Assembly (NCBI RefSeq): GCF_009914755.1
Contig: NC_060926.1
DNA from: the human T2T-CHM13v2.0 reference genome, Homo sapiens
Direction: 5' to 3' (one strand)
DNA: 64,000 bases
In this document: positions 15,525-36,508 of the stretch, one piece after another
How positions within the stretch are numbered: position 1 is the first letter of the stretch
Layout of the letters: each line of letters begins with the position of its first letter
The notes under the pieces: generated by a model
Databases searched by the model: none
Told to the model about the DNA's origin: nothing
The model's input: the letters and a program-made list of their open reading frames with translations, nothing else
Program-made: the position numbers and the translations under genes

Positions 15525-18030
15525 ACTTCCCACTTCTCATTCTACTTCCTTACTATAAATTAAAAATATCTCAAACCCATTTCTCAATATCTGTTAGGTT
15601 TGGGTGGGTGTTGATGTTTAGGAATGCTGTCATCTTCTGCCAGAAAACAGAAAAAAGTCATGAGGTTTTATTATCTCTTGACCTTCTCGCCAAATTTGAA
15701 ATCCGCTTCTGTTAACTGTTGTTGATTTTCCTCCGGATGGAGAGCTACATCCCTCTGAAGAACCTATGATGACCATTCCAGCTTGAGTTCCAAGCCGGTA
15801 TGGTTCCCCAGAGTCCCAGTTTCTTAAGCTTCAGGGCTTGGCACACAATCTATCTTTGTAATAGATAGCCGTTGGACTTGTCCCAACAGACTGTTAAAAT
15901 GATGACTATTTATATGTATATGTGCATGCTGTTTTGCTGTTATGTTTTCATGTTGCTGATGCCAGTTATATTTTTAACTAATACAATTTTATTGTATTTT
16001 TGCCCCGAAGCTATTTAAACCAAGCATACAATTTGGGGACTCTGATAAATAAGTAAATACAGAGCCCTGAAGGAAATGTGGCAACTGCTAGTAGAATTTA
16101 TTCCAATATTTAAATGAATTCACTGTGACTAAATATTTATAGTTAGAAGACTAGCAACTGTACAGTGACAGAAAAAAAACTGTTTTCCTAATGTTAAAAA
16201 AATGAAAATTAGTATTGCAAAAATCATACATATGATATAAATATTTTTATTCAGAATATACTTTTTGGTATATAAAAATTGTTAAAGCCCCCTTAGAAAA
16301 CAGCCAAGAATGTTGCTGCAAATACAATGGAATATTTAAATTGTGAGGCCAGTCTGAGGGAGAAGTCTTTTTCTTTTTCGATTATTTTAATGGAGTTTAC
16401 ACCTTTAACTTGTCATTCATTGTAAAGTGCTTTGAAAATTAAAAAGCACTGTATATTGGATGTGCACAGAGCTCCCCATTATAATCACCATGTGTCAGTC
16501 CTTGCTCTGTTCTTAGCTTTTCTGTGAATCACTATGCATTAATAATTCCTGCACTTAAGGCAGCCTTTTGCTTCAGATTTCTTCTCCAGCCCTGACACTA
16601 CTTAGAAGCTGGTCTGGCAGCACATCCATAGCCTCATTCTGTTAACCAACACAATGTGGACATACCTTTGTCTGTTCCTGTCTGAGGAGAACCTTAATAT
16701 ACCCCTAAGGAGTTTAGCCTGCCCTCAGTTTCTAGAGATCCTCAGCAGACAGATGCTTATTAAAAGCCACCTCCCAGACTTTGGGCTAACTGGTTTGTGT
16801 TGGGATTGGTGATTGTCCTGCTCTTTTCTATGTAATGTGGGATAAACTCCCTAGGGGATGCTGCCTACCTAATGTAGTATGATCTCTGCTGTGAACTAAC
16901 AATGCAGTCAAGCCTAAGTCTTTCTTCTTAAATCAACTAGTCCTTATCCCATTGGACCTTCATGACTGCCTATAGGTCATCTGGATTTGCCATATTTCTT
17001 GGTTTATTATTCACATGTCACTTCCCTACCTTTAACCTCACACACACGTCCAGAACGTGGCTTTTGTGTTTTCCCTTTAATTTCAACAAACTCCTTTTAC
17101 CTCCTTATATGTAGTCACCACTCTGAGATTATCCTGATAAGATATTGGATGAAACCATCAAAATTCGTCATGAGTACATAGACTTTAGGACTTAATGATA
17201 AGTGAAAAAAAAAATACAAGATTTCAAGACTTTATATAGGTTTACTGTCTGAGTCAGTTAGAAAAGTTTAATAGAAGGGAATGGAAAATAATGTGTGGAT
17301 AACTAGGCAGAAGTTAAATTATCTTTAGTGTTCAAAACAGACATTCAAAGAGTAAGTCGAAACGGAAGTTTCAATGTAGAGTTCTAAGTATCACCCAAGT
17401 TAAAGTACTATCGAAGCAAAATCTACATAAAACATTGATTTAGTTAATTAAAATTTTATGTTTTGACATCTAGAACACCATGAACATTTCATTTAAAATA
17501 TAAGTATCAGAAGAATGATGAACTCTTACATTATCTAAATATAAGTGGATAGATGTATTAATCCGCTGAATTGGCTATGTAAAGTAATTGAGAAATCAAG
17601 TTTCCCATTCACTGTTTGTATTAACCAATCAACTTAACAGATATGTTAGTTATCAAATATTAAGTAAAAGAAATTGCAATGTGGATAGGCTACATTTGGA
17701 AATTACTGTTTGGTTTACCAGTGTGCTTAGTGGTAGCAAATATTTTCTAGGAAAAAACTGAACAAAAGATATTATTTAATTTGAACTTTAAAAATGATGT
17801 CAAACATTTTGTGGAAAGAATGTGCATAAGCACATACTTATGAGATATCTCTGTGAGGGAGGGATGGAGAATATAATTTAAAAATTATTAATAATTTATT
17901 TATTCTTACTTCATCCCTTTCTTCTCCCTTTTGCCTTTGTCCAATGAATTTGATATTCTATAATATATGGATGTAGGATTATTCAAGATTACAGATCTTT
18001 ATAATATGTCTGTCTCCTTGTGTTCTAAAT

Positions 18031-18239
18031 GAGGGGTCAGCAAGCTGCAACCTGCAAACTAATTCCAGTCTACCACCTGTTTGTGTAAATAAAGTTTTAT
18101 TGGAACCCTGACACACTCATTTGTTGACATATTGTCTAGGGTTGCTTCCATGCTACAACAGCAGCTTTGAGTAGTTGCAACAGCAAAGCCTAAAATATTT
18201 ACTGTCTAATCCTTTACAGAATAGGTTTGCCCACCCTTG
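18031..18239 (+). mobile_element. MER58A (hAT-Charlie) MITE
   Basis: TIR-like ends gaggggtcagcaa / ttgcccacccttg; 8-bp TSD ttctaaa(t/c); internal aaataaagttttattggaac. Confidence 0.85.
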
Positions 18240-18312
18240 TTCTAAACTATTCTAAATATTGTTTGTGATTCACAGAACATGATAATCAAGTATATACATA
18301 TCAACAATAACA

Positions 18313-18701
<389 letters not shown>

Positions 18702-21700
18702 TTCTGATGCCAGAATGTTCCAGAGTATTAAATGCACAGAATATTGTATTAATTTATATGGATGCTTTTAGGCATCAAAGTTATTCATAAAAAGGTTTTG
18801 GATGTACATTATGGCGATACATTTTCCTTAGGTAGCCATGCATGCACAAATGCCCACCTAGACTTCAAATAAATATCCTAACAAAAAGTGAATGATCTGT
18901 TCAGTATAGTGCAGGAATATAATATCTAAATGCAAATTCAGTTGAAGCTTCATATAAATAAGAAAACAAATGCTGACAGGTCAAATAGGTTCTAAAGGAA
19001 GCTAAATACCAACTACTTCTCAAAGAAAAGGCAGCACTTTATCCCATTGCTTATTTCTTTATTATCACAAAAGCATGGACATGTCTCATTACTGAGGAAT
19101 GAAGTCATTATTTTTTAGGTTATTCATGTTTTTTGTCTCCATGTTGTTTATTTTTTGCTGAATGCCTGAAATCCTACAGTTTAATAGTCATTAATCATAA
19201 CTTGAGAATAGGGAACCAGAATTTAAAGACTAAGGAAATTAATTGACTTTTGTCATTTTTAAAGCTCTGCTAAAAAAGCAGGACAACAGGGTGAGGTTCT
19301 TCATTAAAATTAGGTCTTTATGCTATTAATTATATCTTTAACAAAACAAGGGATGTTACTCTGATGTCAAAGTGCATAATAATTGTCTTACTAAAAAAGC
19401 TAAATTTATCCAGAAATACAGGTGAACCCAATACCAATTTTCTGCATAGTAAAAATAAAGATAATTGGCTTCTTTCCTTCTATTCTTATGAACCATGTTC
19501 TAATATTTTATTTTTTAAATTACAGTTACTGGTTTTAATTTTCATGATAAGCACATTGTTAGAAATAGGCTTTGTTATTAAGTGATTCAAAAGCCTTGAG
19601 TTGTCTTTACTTTTGATGTAAAGACATCAGTTGGTTTCAGTATTAAGGTTAAAGTGACCTTTAAAGCGTTATTTTGTCTTGGAAAACAAAAAGAGGTTTC
19701 CTATGGATAAAATCCATTAATAATTAACATTGTTTATATGTCTCAGTGGTATTATATTCTAAGGAAAATAAATCAATCTGTGAGAGAATAAAGTTGAGCC
19801 AGACAGTTTGTATTTCATTGAAAATAGATATTATACTTCTCTAAAATTAGAACTTAAGTTTTACTTTAATTGTATTTTATGAGAAAATAATGCATAGTTT
19901 TATTAAAAGTAAATAGTCAAAAAAAAATCAGGACAGAAGAACATATGATTTTGCTGAGTCTATAACACATAATTTGGGAATTCCCCTAAATTCAAAGCCA
20001 GTGCTTTACTCTCAATAAAATTTAGTTACTGAAAAATAACAGCAGTTGTTTTTGCACTATGTGTTTGTCTTGGTAAATATGAATTGAATGAGGATTATAG
20101 AAAGACAGCAGAATAGAAAGCAACAGGAATACATCTCTCCACCCAGACAACAATTGCACTAGCAGGATCTTTCTAATGCAAACTATCTTGGAACTGAAGT
20201 CTACTGAACCCTTGCAACTTCCAGGGTAAGCCTTAGATGGTAAATTGTAGTTAATTTAGGTCAGTTTCAGCTCTTAGCACAGTCACACCTATGAATCCCT
20301 CAGACCCCCGTTCTATGGCAAACAATCAGGCCTGTATTCCTGGAGCAGCTTGCACACAGCTTGTGTGATCCAGAGTAGACAGACAGGATCTGCCCTCCAA
20401 ATTCTGGGATCCGTGCTTTGATTACTGACTGTTGTCACTGACCGCAAAGGTGCAAAGAGGTGGTGGCCATTGTCATTGCACCTCTCTCCATCGTTACAAG
20501 TCCCTCCATTTCTAGCTGAAGTGGCTTCCAGGGAATTTTAAGAGCCAGTGCCCTCTTACTTTCATTTCATTTTACTCAGTTCCCCTTTTGGGAGCTAGAT
20601 ATAAAAGACTAGGATGTTCAAACACAACCACTTATACAAATGAAATTAGAAAGTTACTGTGTATACCAAGGGAAAGCCACAGGCTAAGAAAGACCTGAAA
20701 AGACCTTAAGTTTATACCCCAGGGTAATCTGTGGCACAGAGATAACCTACAGCAATTTAAGGGGAAGAATCTGATTTCCAGAGTTATCACATTATTAGAT
20801 TCAAATTTCTAGTTTTCAACAAAAACAAAAATCACAAGGCATGCAAAGAAGAGTATATTATTCAAAGACCCATTCAAAGAAAACAAAATAAACCAATGAA
20901 AAGTATCTCTGACAGAGATCTAATGGTAGATGGACTAGACAAAGAATTTAAAACAACTGGCTTAAAGATGCATAAAAAAGTCAAAGAAGATGTGGATAAA
21001 GTCAAGAAACAACGGATGAACAAATGAAATACCAAAAGATATTTTGATATCTTTAAAGAGCTAAGCCTAAAAAGAAAATGAAAAGCCTTTGGAGATGAAA
21101 AGTACAATAACTAAAATGAAAAATTCACTAAAGAGATTCAAAGGCAGATTTGAGCTGGAAGAAGAAAAAACAGGCAAATTTGAAGATAGGACAATGGGAC
21201 TTATTGATCTGAGGAAAAGAGGGAAAAAAATCAAAGAAAACTGAACACAGTATAAGAGACTTGCAGGGCACCATGAAGAAGAGCAATATATAAATTTTCC
21301 AGAAGGAGGAGGAAGGGAGCGAGAATATCTAAAGAAAACTTTAAAGTTTGATGAAATACATGAATATATACATCCAAGAAGCTCAACCATCCCCAAGTGG
21401 GATAAATTCAAAGAAATCTACACCAACACACATTATAAGCAAACTATCTAAAGAAAAAGAGAAAATCTTGAAAGCGGCAAGTGAGAAGATACTCATCACA
21501 TATGAGAGATCCTCAGTATGATTATCAACAGATTTTTCATTGGAAGCTTGGATGGCAGTGTGGGCTGATATGTATATCCAAGTTTCTGGTGAGAAATCTG
21601 CTGATACACACACACACATATATATGTATATATATGTGTGATATGTTAAGTGTATATATACACACACACATATACATACATATACCTATATATATGCATA

Positions 21701-21753
21701 TCAGCTTAGACTGATTCTGTGTGTATATGTGTGTGTGTGTGTGTGTAAATTCA

Positions 21754-22119
<366 letters not shown>

Positions 22120-22555
22120 TCATCCAAGAATCCTGTATTTGGCAAAACTGCCCTTCAAAATTGAAGGTGAAATTAAGACCTTCCCAGATGAACAGATGAA
22201 CAAAAGCTTAGGGAGTTCCTTACCACTAGACCTTCCCTGCAAGAAATACTCAAGGGAGTTCTCTGGTGAAATGAAAGGAAAATAGAGAGTAACCTTAAGG
22301 TGTATAAAGGAATAAAAATCACAAGAAAGGTAAATATGTGGGCAATTACAAAGTCTAGTCTTATTTTAACAGTGACTTGTACTATACTTCTTGTTTCCTA
22401 CATGATTTAAAAGACTAACTTTGAAAAAAATATTATTCTAAAAGCTAGTATTATTGTACCTTTTGTTTGCAAATCACATTTTGTTTTCTACACAATTTAA
22501 AAGATTAATGCGTTTTTAAAAAAATTATTAGTTTATGTTTCAGACATACAATGTA

Positions 22556-22636
22556 TTAGGTTGGTACAAAAGTAATTGTGTTTTCTGGCATTAAAAGTAA
22601 TGGTAAAAACCTCCAATTACTTTTGCACCAACCTAA
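22556..22636. mobile_element. MADE1 (Hsmar1-derived MITE)
   Basis: TA + ttaggttggtacaaaagtaattg ... caattacttttgcaccaacctaa + TA; about 80-bp palindrome. Confidence 0.9.
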
Positions 22637-25584
22637 TATAAGGCTGTGATTTTGTGACATCAATAACTGAAAGGAGTGGAGACAGGGATATAAAGAAGCA
22701 GAGTTTTTGTAAGTTATTGAAGTTAAACTGCTATAAATATAAATTAGAGTGTTATAACTTTAGGATGTTAAATGTAATCCCATGATAACCACAAAGATAA
22801 TAAGCTATAGAATATACACAAAAACAAATGAGAAATAAATTTAAACATTTCATCACAAAATGCCAACTAAACATAAAAGGGCAGTAATGCAGGAATTGAG
22901 GAACAAAAAGTACTAAAGGGTACATAGGAAACAAATGGTAAAATGACAGAAGCCCCTCCTGATCATTCAAGACTTAATAAAGGAAGGAAATACGGACATA
23001 TGCTACAGTATGGAAGAAACTTGGTGACATTGTGCTGAGTAAAATAAATCAGTTACAAACAAAAACAAATACTGTAGGATTCCACTTATATTAGATACTT
23101 AGAGTTATAAAAAGCATAGACACAAAAAGTAGAATGGTGGTTTCTGGGAGCTAGAGATAAGGAAGAATAGGTAATTATTGTTTAATGGGTAGAGTTACAG
23201 TTTTGCGAGATGACAAGATTTCTAGGTATGAAGGAGTGTTGATGCTTGTACAACAATATGAATGTACTTAATACCACTGAAATGTGCACTTAAAATCTTT
23301 AAGATGGTAAATTTTGTGCTATGAGTATTTTAGAACAATTAAAACAATGTTCTCATGAAAGAAACAGAAGAGGTGACTGAGTCAGTATTTGTATTTATGT
23401 ACAGTATTTATTGGTATCTTGTTTTCTATGTGATAAGGATTCAAGTATGCTGCTAAAGATGGTGGGTTAGCTGAGATAGGGTATGATATAGATTAGAAGT
23501 CAAAATATATTGGTTTTAATTTCCTCTCTCTCTATGCTTAAATATGTAATCTCAGTTTTCCATTACAAATCAAGTTTTGATAGCCTCACTGCTTTGAGTG
23601 GATTCAACCTCCGTTGGTAGGACATTTTTTTTTTTTTGGTACATAATATTGTCAGAACTACCTTGATTTTCCACAAAGAACATAGCATGATTGTTTGAAA
23701 CCAGAATCTCCCCGAGAAATGTCCTTATGGTTCAAAAGTCGCTGTCTCAATCAACATCTCTAACACAGGATGCAATCAGCTCCTTCCAGGAAGCAGCATA
23801 AATGTTCTTGTTACCATTATATACTTATAAGGATAAGATTTTAGCTTGCTGAGACCTTTTCCTCATCTACACAATAAAATAACTGAACTAAATGATCTTA
23901 ATTTTCTTCCAGCTTCCTATTTTTTTTAATGTATGAGATAAAACTTTTATGAAAGACAAATATGGTCTTTGTGTGAACTGAATAGTGTGAGAATGTCCAA
24001 ACTATCACAATGAAAAAGTCCTAGAATCTATTTTATCAAGGTGAATTATGAAAAGTAAAAGAGAATAAAAACAAAAAAGACAGAGACAGACAGACTTATT
24101 GTAACTATTTAATATAAGGGCCTAGATCTCTTCCAGTGCTCTTTGTGAAATTTCATTACAGTGATCTGTAGTAAGTAGAAATGCCTTTCTTTTGTCATCT
24201 TTAATTGAAATTGAGTATGCAATTGAGAGCAAGGTAGCAGTTACTGGGGGTTCATTTAAATGTTAGTTCACAGAAAGTTAGGGGAAAAAGGAGATTATAT
24301 TCTATAGCTGCAGAGACAGGTGACTGGATATAGGAATAAAGAGCAGTCAGTCTTTGGAACTTCAGCTGCATAATCTTGGGAAAATATCTAAACATCCCTG
24401 AATAGTAGTACTTACTGTGAGGATTAAATGAAGTAACAAATATAAAATGTCGGACAATTAGTGGGTCACTAACATACATTAACTCCCTTTTCTTCCCCTA
24501 TATTATCAACAGTGTCTTCTCACGGGCATTTATTGCTAAATGATATATACAGAAAAATTTAAAATTTTTCTATCTTTCGGAAATTCACTATTTATTGGGC
24601 AAAGAGGACATAAGCAAAAGAAATAAACAATAACAAAAGATATGGAAGACAGCCTGTCAGTTTTATTTTATTGAATCCTGACTGAAATTTCCAGTATTTA
24701 TTGAATAAATGAAAATGATTACATTGTACTAAGAAAATGTACAAACTCGATTGATATGATTAGTCTTGTATATTATGATAACACTAAACTCTGTGATCTG
24801 GGGGTAAGATAAAGAAAGAGAAAAAAAGTACTACAAGGGATGGATTCTGAGAGTCTAATCAAATTTTCTGTCCAAGAAATACTCTTTTATTCAACATTTA
24901 CTATGCATTCCCAGTATCAAATATCATGCTTAACTGTAAAAGTACAAACACAAGATAAACTTAATTTAGTTTTCTTCTTAGATCTGAGAACAAGAAATTA
25001 GTGAGGAAAATGAATGAATGCATGAATGAGTAAATGAAGAAAAAGCCAAAGGAGAAGTTTCCAAAGCAGAAGCAAAGATAAACAGTTAAAACAGAAGAAT
25101 AAGAGCATGTGTGAGTATGTATATTAATCATATTACACAATTAGTTGCCTAATGGATTTGGAAACTTGTTAAAGATTTATAACATTTATAAATATATTAT
25201 AATAAATTTATAATATAAAATTATATTATAAATATATATTTATAATAAATTTAAATTGTAGGTCAATACATGCTTACTTTTATATTTGCATTTAAACTGT
25301 ATTTACTATGTAAATAAGATATCACATATGACCCAGCATTACTCTGAGTGTTCACTTAATACAGCAGGCAATAAATATTCCCTTTTCAGATAGCCTAAAA
25401 GAAGGTATTAAAGAACAATGACAATAAACCAGAACAATGACAATAAACCAGGGTCAGATGTCCCCTCAACATGAAAATCCAAACATTTAAGGAATATTTG
25501 AGTTACTTTTAGTTGCAATTAGAAAATACAGGTAAAATTTTTTTTAGGAAAAACATGTTTCTTTCTTTATCAAGGACATGCTGA

Positions 25585-25897
<313 letters not shown>

Positions 25898-26373
25898 TAT
25901 TTGGTGTAAATTGTTACAAACATTTCTGAATAGAAACTTACCTGCGGAAATAGCTATCTAAAGATACTGAACAATTTTTTATATGTTTATTTCAAAAATG
26001 GCTTATTCCAGGGGTGAAATATAGTTGAGATTTCCCTAAAAAAGTGTAGTGAAAGTTTACATAATTCAGATGAATTAAACTGTCAACAATGAGATGAGAT
26101 TAATTTTATATTTGATATTTAATAGATGTGATGTATATCCAGACTCTCCTTATTTTACTATTCTGGCCAGAGAGTTAATGACTTATAAGAAAAGACTGAA
26201 GTTTCATGATAACTTTATTCTTCATGTCCTTATAGGTAAATCCACCTTTTCACAAGAACCTTGCAATACATAAATATAAATGGTCAGACCTGGGCTTTAG
26301 AGGAAGTTCCCTCATACCAAATTCTGTAGGGACCCAGCCTTACTTATTTTTCCATTGAGACAGACTGTTCGCC

Positions 26374-26752
26374 AAGTCTATCACTGATGGGCATTTGAAT
26401 TGATTCCATGTCTTGCTATTGTGAACAGTGCTGCAATGAACATACATGTGCATGTATCATTATAATAGAATGATTTATAATCCTTTGGGTATATACTCAG
26501 TATTGGGATTGCAGGGTCAAATGGTATTTCTGGTTCTAGGTCTTTGAGGAATCGCCACAGTGTCTTCCACAATGTTTGAACTAATTTACATTCCCATCAA
26601 CAGTCTAAAAGTGTTCCTATTTCTCCATAGCCTTGCTAGCATCTGTTTCTTGACTTTTTAAGTGATCACCATTCCGACTGGCGTGAGATGGTATCTCATT
26701 GTGGTTTTGATTTGTATTTCTCTAATGATCAGTGATGTCAACATTTTTTTCA
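26374..26752 (-). mobile_element. L1PA fragment (ORF2 C-terminus)
   Basis: ORF 26381-26572 WKTLWRFLKDLEPEIPFDPAIP matches the L1 ORF2 C-terminus. Confidence 0.85.
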
Positions 26753-26964
26753 AATTATTTGAAACATAGTGTTTTCTGAAGACACATCTTCCTTGTCTAT
26801 AAGAAGTTTGGAAATGAGAAAAAGAAACAGCATGACATTAAGAGAAAAAAAGTGGGTATAAATTAATCTAGGAGAAACTATTCATTTATACTTTCCCATG
26901 TATTAACCATATTGATGATGAAAAATGGATCATCACTATAGAACTCCTTTTTGAAGAAAATGGT

Positions 26965-32905
<5,941 letters not shown>

Positions 32906-35375
32906 AATTTTTGAAAGTGATTTTAGAGAGAATACATATTGAACTTAAATTTAGAAATTTTCTGAAACGAAGATTATATATGGAATGTTCCATTTCCCAG
33001 TTTCTCCTCCTCCTTTACTATTAAAAGTCAATTTAAGTGTATTTCTACCCTTTTGAAAACAATTTGAGTTGAGAGAAATTGCACCATATGCTCTGCTTAT
33101 CCATGCAGTGTAAAGCAAAGTGCTGAGCAATTATATGGTGGATTTGATCAGTTTTGACAGCCAGTCTTGAAACTCAAGCCAGAATCCCCTGCTCTTTCTT
33201 CCACAGCAGGTTTGGGGACTGAATTATATGACTAATCAAAGCGAATTTCTGCTTTACTTCGGCAATGGCTCACAAATTCTGCACGTGCAAATGACTTTGC
33301 TGATCAGCTTTAACAATCTGTGTCATTTTACAACTTCTATACCAGAATATACAATCAAAAGAATAATGAATAGAAATATTTAAGTTCCACTTGAAATCCT
33401 TTGAATTGTCTTTTACCAAAGTCATCCTGGAATGTTAACTTTTCACAATTCCTCCACCTTGTATTCACCACGTAGAATATTTGATTAGGGAATCCTAGTA
33501 AAATGTATAATCTGATCAATACAAATTAGTTCAAGAACTCTCTTCATTCTTTGCTTGAAACATGTCAAGGAGTCATGTGGACTAACTGGATCATTTCCAT
33601 AATTATACAAGAGATATATGCCATTCACATTGACAGTATACCCATACAGTAATCTACTAGTGAAAATGAGGTGCTCTAAATAAGGCCATTAACATTAAAT
33701 AGCCACTGCTTCTACAATAGTGAAACCTGAGTTACTATCTACAGAGCCTACAAAGAGGTGTGCCACTAACTTTGGACACTCATGAGGGAAAAGCAATCTT
33801 TTAAAAATTTCATAATATGTAATGATCGTTTAAACTTAGTGATAAATGCACATGCAAGAGAAGGATGTGAGCTCACATCTGAGATGACAATAAATTAACT
33901 TTAGGGCAATTTAGATTTCATAGCACATTATGGAGTAGTGTCAGCAGACCACAGACGCACACCCCACGAGGAGCCTTAAAAGACATCTGTGAGGAAGGAA
34001 AAATACTGTTTACATTTAAAATGTTATATAATGATGAAATGTCGACCACTCTTAGATGAATGTTTCAAATATTGGCAAAAAAAGAAAAACTTTACATATA
34101 CTTTTTCTTTTTTCACTCAATATTAATGATAGGCAAAAAGTTCTAGCTCATATATACTCATGCAACAACTAAATAGAGAAATGGACACAATAATGAGCTA
34201 GAGGTAAAGAGAGAAGAGTGAGGTCTTGAACTTATTACATAATGGAGAATGAGAGATAATATTAAATGGTAGCTTTATTGATAATGCATTCTTCTGATTT
34301 TGAAGCAAAATTGAATTCAAATATGCTTATGTTAAATCTTATAGGATGTCACAAATAATTTCTTTGTTTCTGTTTTTATTATAATTTCTACGATGTCCAT
34401 TGCCAGAGAATGACAGGAATCATGTCAAGACCATCAACCATGAGAACTTGTGTTTCACTGCCTCAGGGCCTATAGGCCATTGTTTAGCCATATTTGGATC
34501 TTTACTATGACTCTTATAATCCAAGTTCTCCAATTGTGTAAATTAAAAAATCACACAATATGTATTTTAATACATCACTCAGGGAATCCGCAGAACAGCT
34601 GGGCTTTTTAAAAACCTAGTATTGTAGATAATTTAATAACCACTGTTTTAAGAAGTTACAGTTTAAAGAGAAAGAGGGGAAACAAAAGACAAAAGGAATC
34701 TATGTGGGAGAAAACAATTTAGACACTGTCTATCTTATAGGTTGACAAATATTGCAGAAGACAAACATATCTGTGTAAAACACTTTGAAAATGCTTTCTT
34801 TTGCTCATGGAGTATATGATTCCCCTACCCCTCCACACTAAATAAATTACTTTGTTGCTTGTTTGTTTACGCTGATATTTAAACTGAGCAGATGCCATAT
34901 GTTTTCATCCTTTTATTTATTCTTTAGTCCTCAATAAATATTTGTGAGATAAATGAAATAAATAACATCTTTCAGTCTCTTAGCAGAAAAAATTCTGTTA
35001 AAATAGTACTAATTGTATGATTGCTTGACAGTCTAATGATTTTTTTCTGTAAGATTTCCAACATGACTTTTAAATTATTAATATGCTCTATGACTGATCA
35101 TATTTTGCAAAGTAAGCCAGGCGAATGACAGGGTTATCATCCCCATGGATATGTTGAGAGCCATGGTCATAATCTCCTTCCTTTCTTAGCTTGTACTCTA
35201 GAAAGTCAGTCAGTTGGAAATACATCCTCATTTAATCAGGGATTATTTCAAACCTCATGTAAACAAATGTTGTATGGAAATAAAAGTAAAATTATTCCTT
35301 TCTTTTTTTTTATATATTTTCTTTTTCACTGTTGAAATAGTTTTAGGGTTTGGATGAGAATAAAGAGAGTAAGTA

Positions 35376-35689
35376 TGCCGGGCGCGGTGGCTCACACCTG
35401 TAATCCCAGCATGTTGGAAGGCCGAGGCAGGCAGATCACGAAGTCAGGAGATCGAGACCATCCTGGCTAACATGGTGAAACCCCGTCCCTACTAAAAATA
35501 CAAAAAATTAGCCGGGCATGGTGGCAGGTGCCTGTAGTCCCAGCTACTTGGAGGATGAGGCAGGAGAATGACGTAAACCCGGGAGGCGGAGCTTGCAGTG
35601 AGCCGAGATGGCGCCACTGCACTCCAGCCTGGGTGACAGAGTGAGACTCCGTCTCAAAAAAAAAAAAAAAAAAAAAAAAAAGAAAAAAA
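35376..35689 (+). mobile_element. AluY element
   Basis: AluY-type gagatcgagaccatcctggctaac and ggagcttgcagtgag; long A tail; TSD core agtaagta. Confidence 0.92.
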
Positions 35690-35949
35690 GCAGTAAGTAA
35701 AGCATTGAGTAAATGTAGGAAACAAAGACCACAGAAGGCATAAAGGAATAAGGAGGTATTGAGAGGAGAAACCAAAGGGAAAAAGCAAAGAGGGAAAGGA
35801 AAGAGATAGCAAATGATTTTACACAGTTCCACATGTATATTTTTGCCTAATAAGCAATTTCTTTTTATACAATATTCTCTCTGTAATACCCTAAGTATTA
35901 TTATGCATCAACTTTTAAAATGAGATTTCATTAATTTATAAAATTACTA

Positions 35950-36132
<183 letters not shown>

Positions 36133-36193
36133 TCAACATGAAGCAGTGAAATCTGAACCATGAAGAAAATTTTTCTTATGAAATATCTAACTG

Positions 36194-36508
36194 GTTTCTG
36201 TTGTTGTTGTTGTTTTTTGAGACAGAGTCTTGCTCTGTCACCCAACCTGTAGTGCAGTGGCACTATCTCGGCTCACTGCAACTTTCACCTCCTGGGGCTC
36301 AAATGATACTCCCACTCCAGCCTCCCAAGTAAGTGGGACCACAGATGTATGTCACCACACCCAGCTAATTTGTTTTGTATTTCTTTAGTAAAGATGGGGT
36401 TTCGCCATGTGTTGGCCAGGCTGGTATCAAACTCTTGGCCTCAAGCAATCCACCCTCCTCGGCCTCCCAAAATACTGGGGTTATAGACGTGAGCCACTGT
36501 GCCCGGCC
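36194..36508 (-). mobile_element. AluJ element
   Basis: Antisense Alu with (TTG)n tail, 75 nt from the exon acceptor. Confidence 0.9.

Noticed and set aside
16490-16990. GC-richer blocks here and at about 60400-61370 as possible unannotated exons or ncRNA
   Set aside because: No convincing ORF, splice pair or recognisable RNA motif. They are more likely old LTR relics that I cannot classify by eye.
26325-26340. tgtagggacccagcc resembles the LTR13 terminus at 49568
   Set aside because: The match is only about 14 nt with an indel and does not extend, so it is probably chance.
26374-26752. Antisense L1 fragment next to the long sense L1 as a possible twin-priming inversion
   Set aside because: It looks like a younger subfamily, the long L1 already contains this region, and there is no shared TSD.
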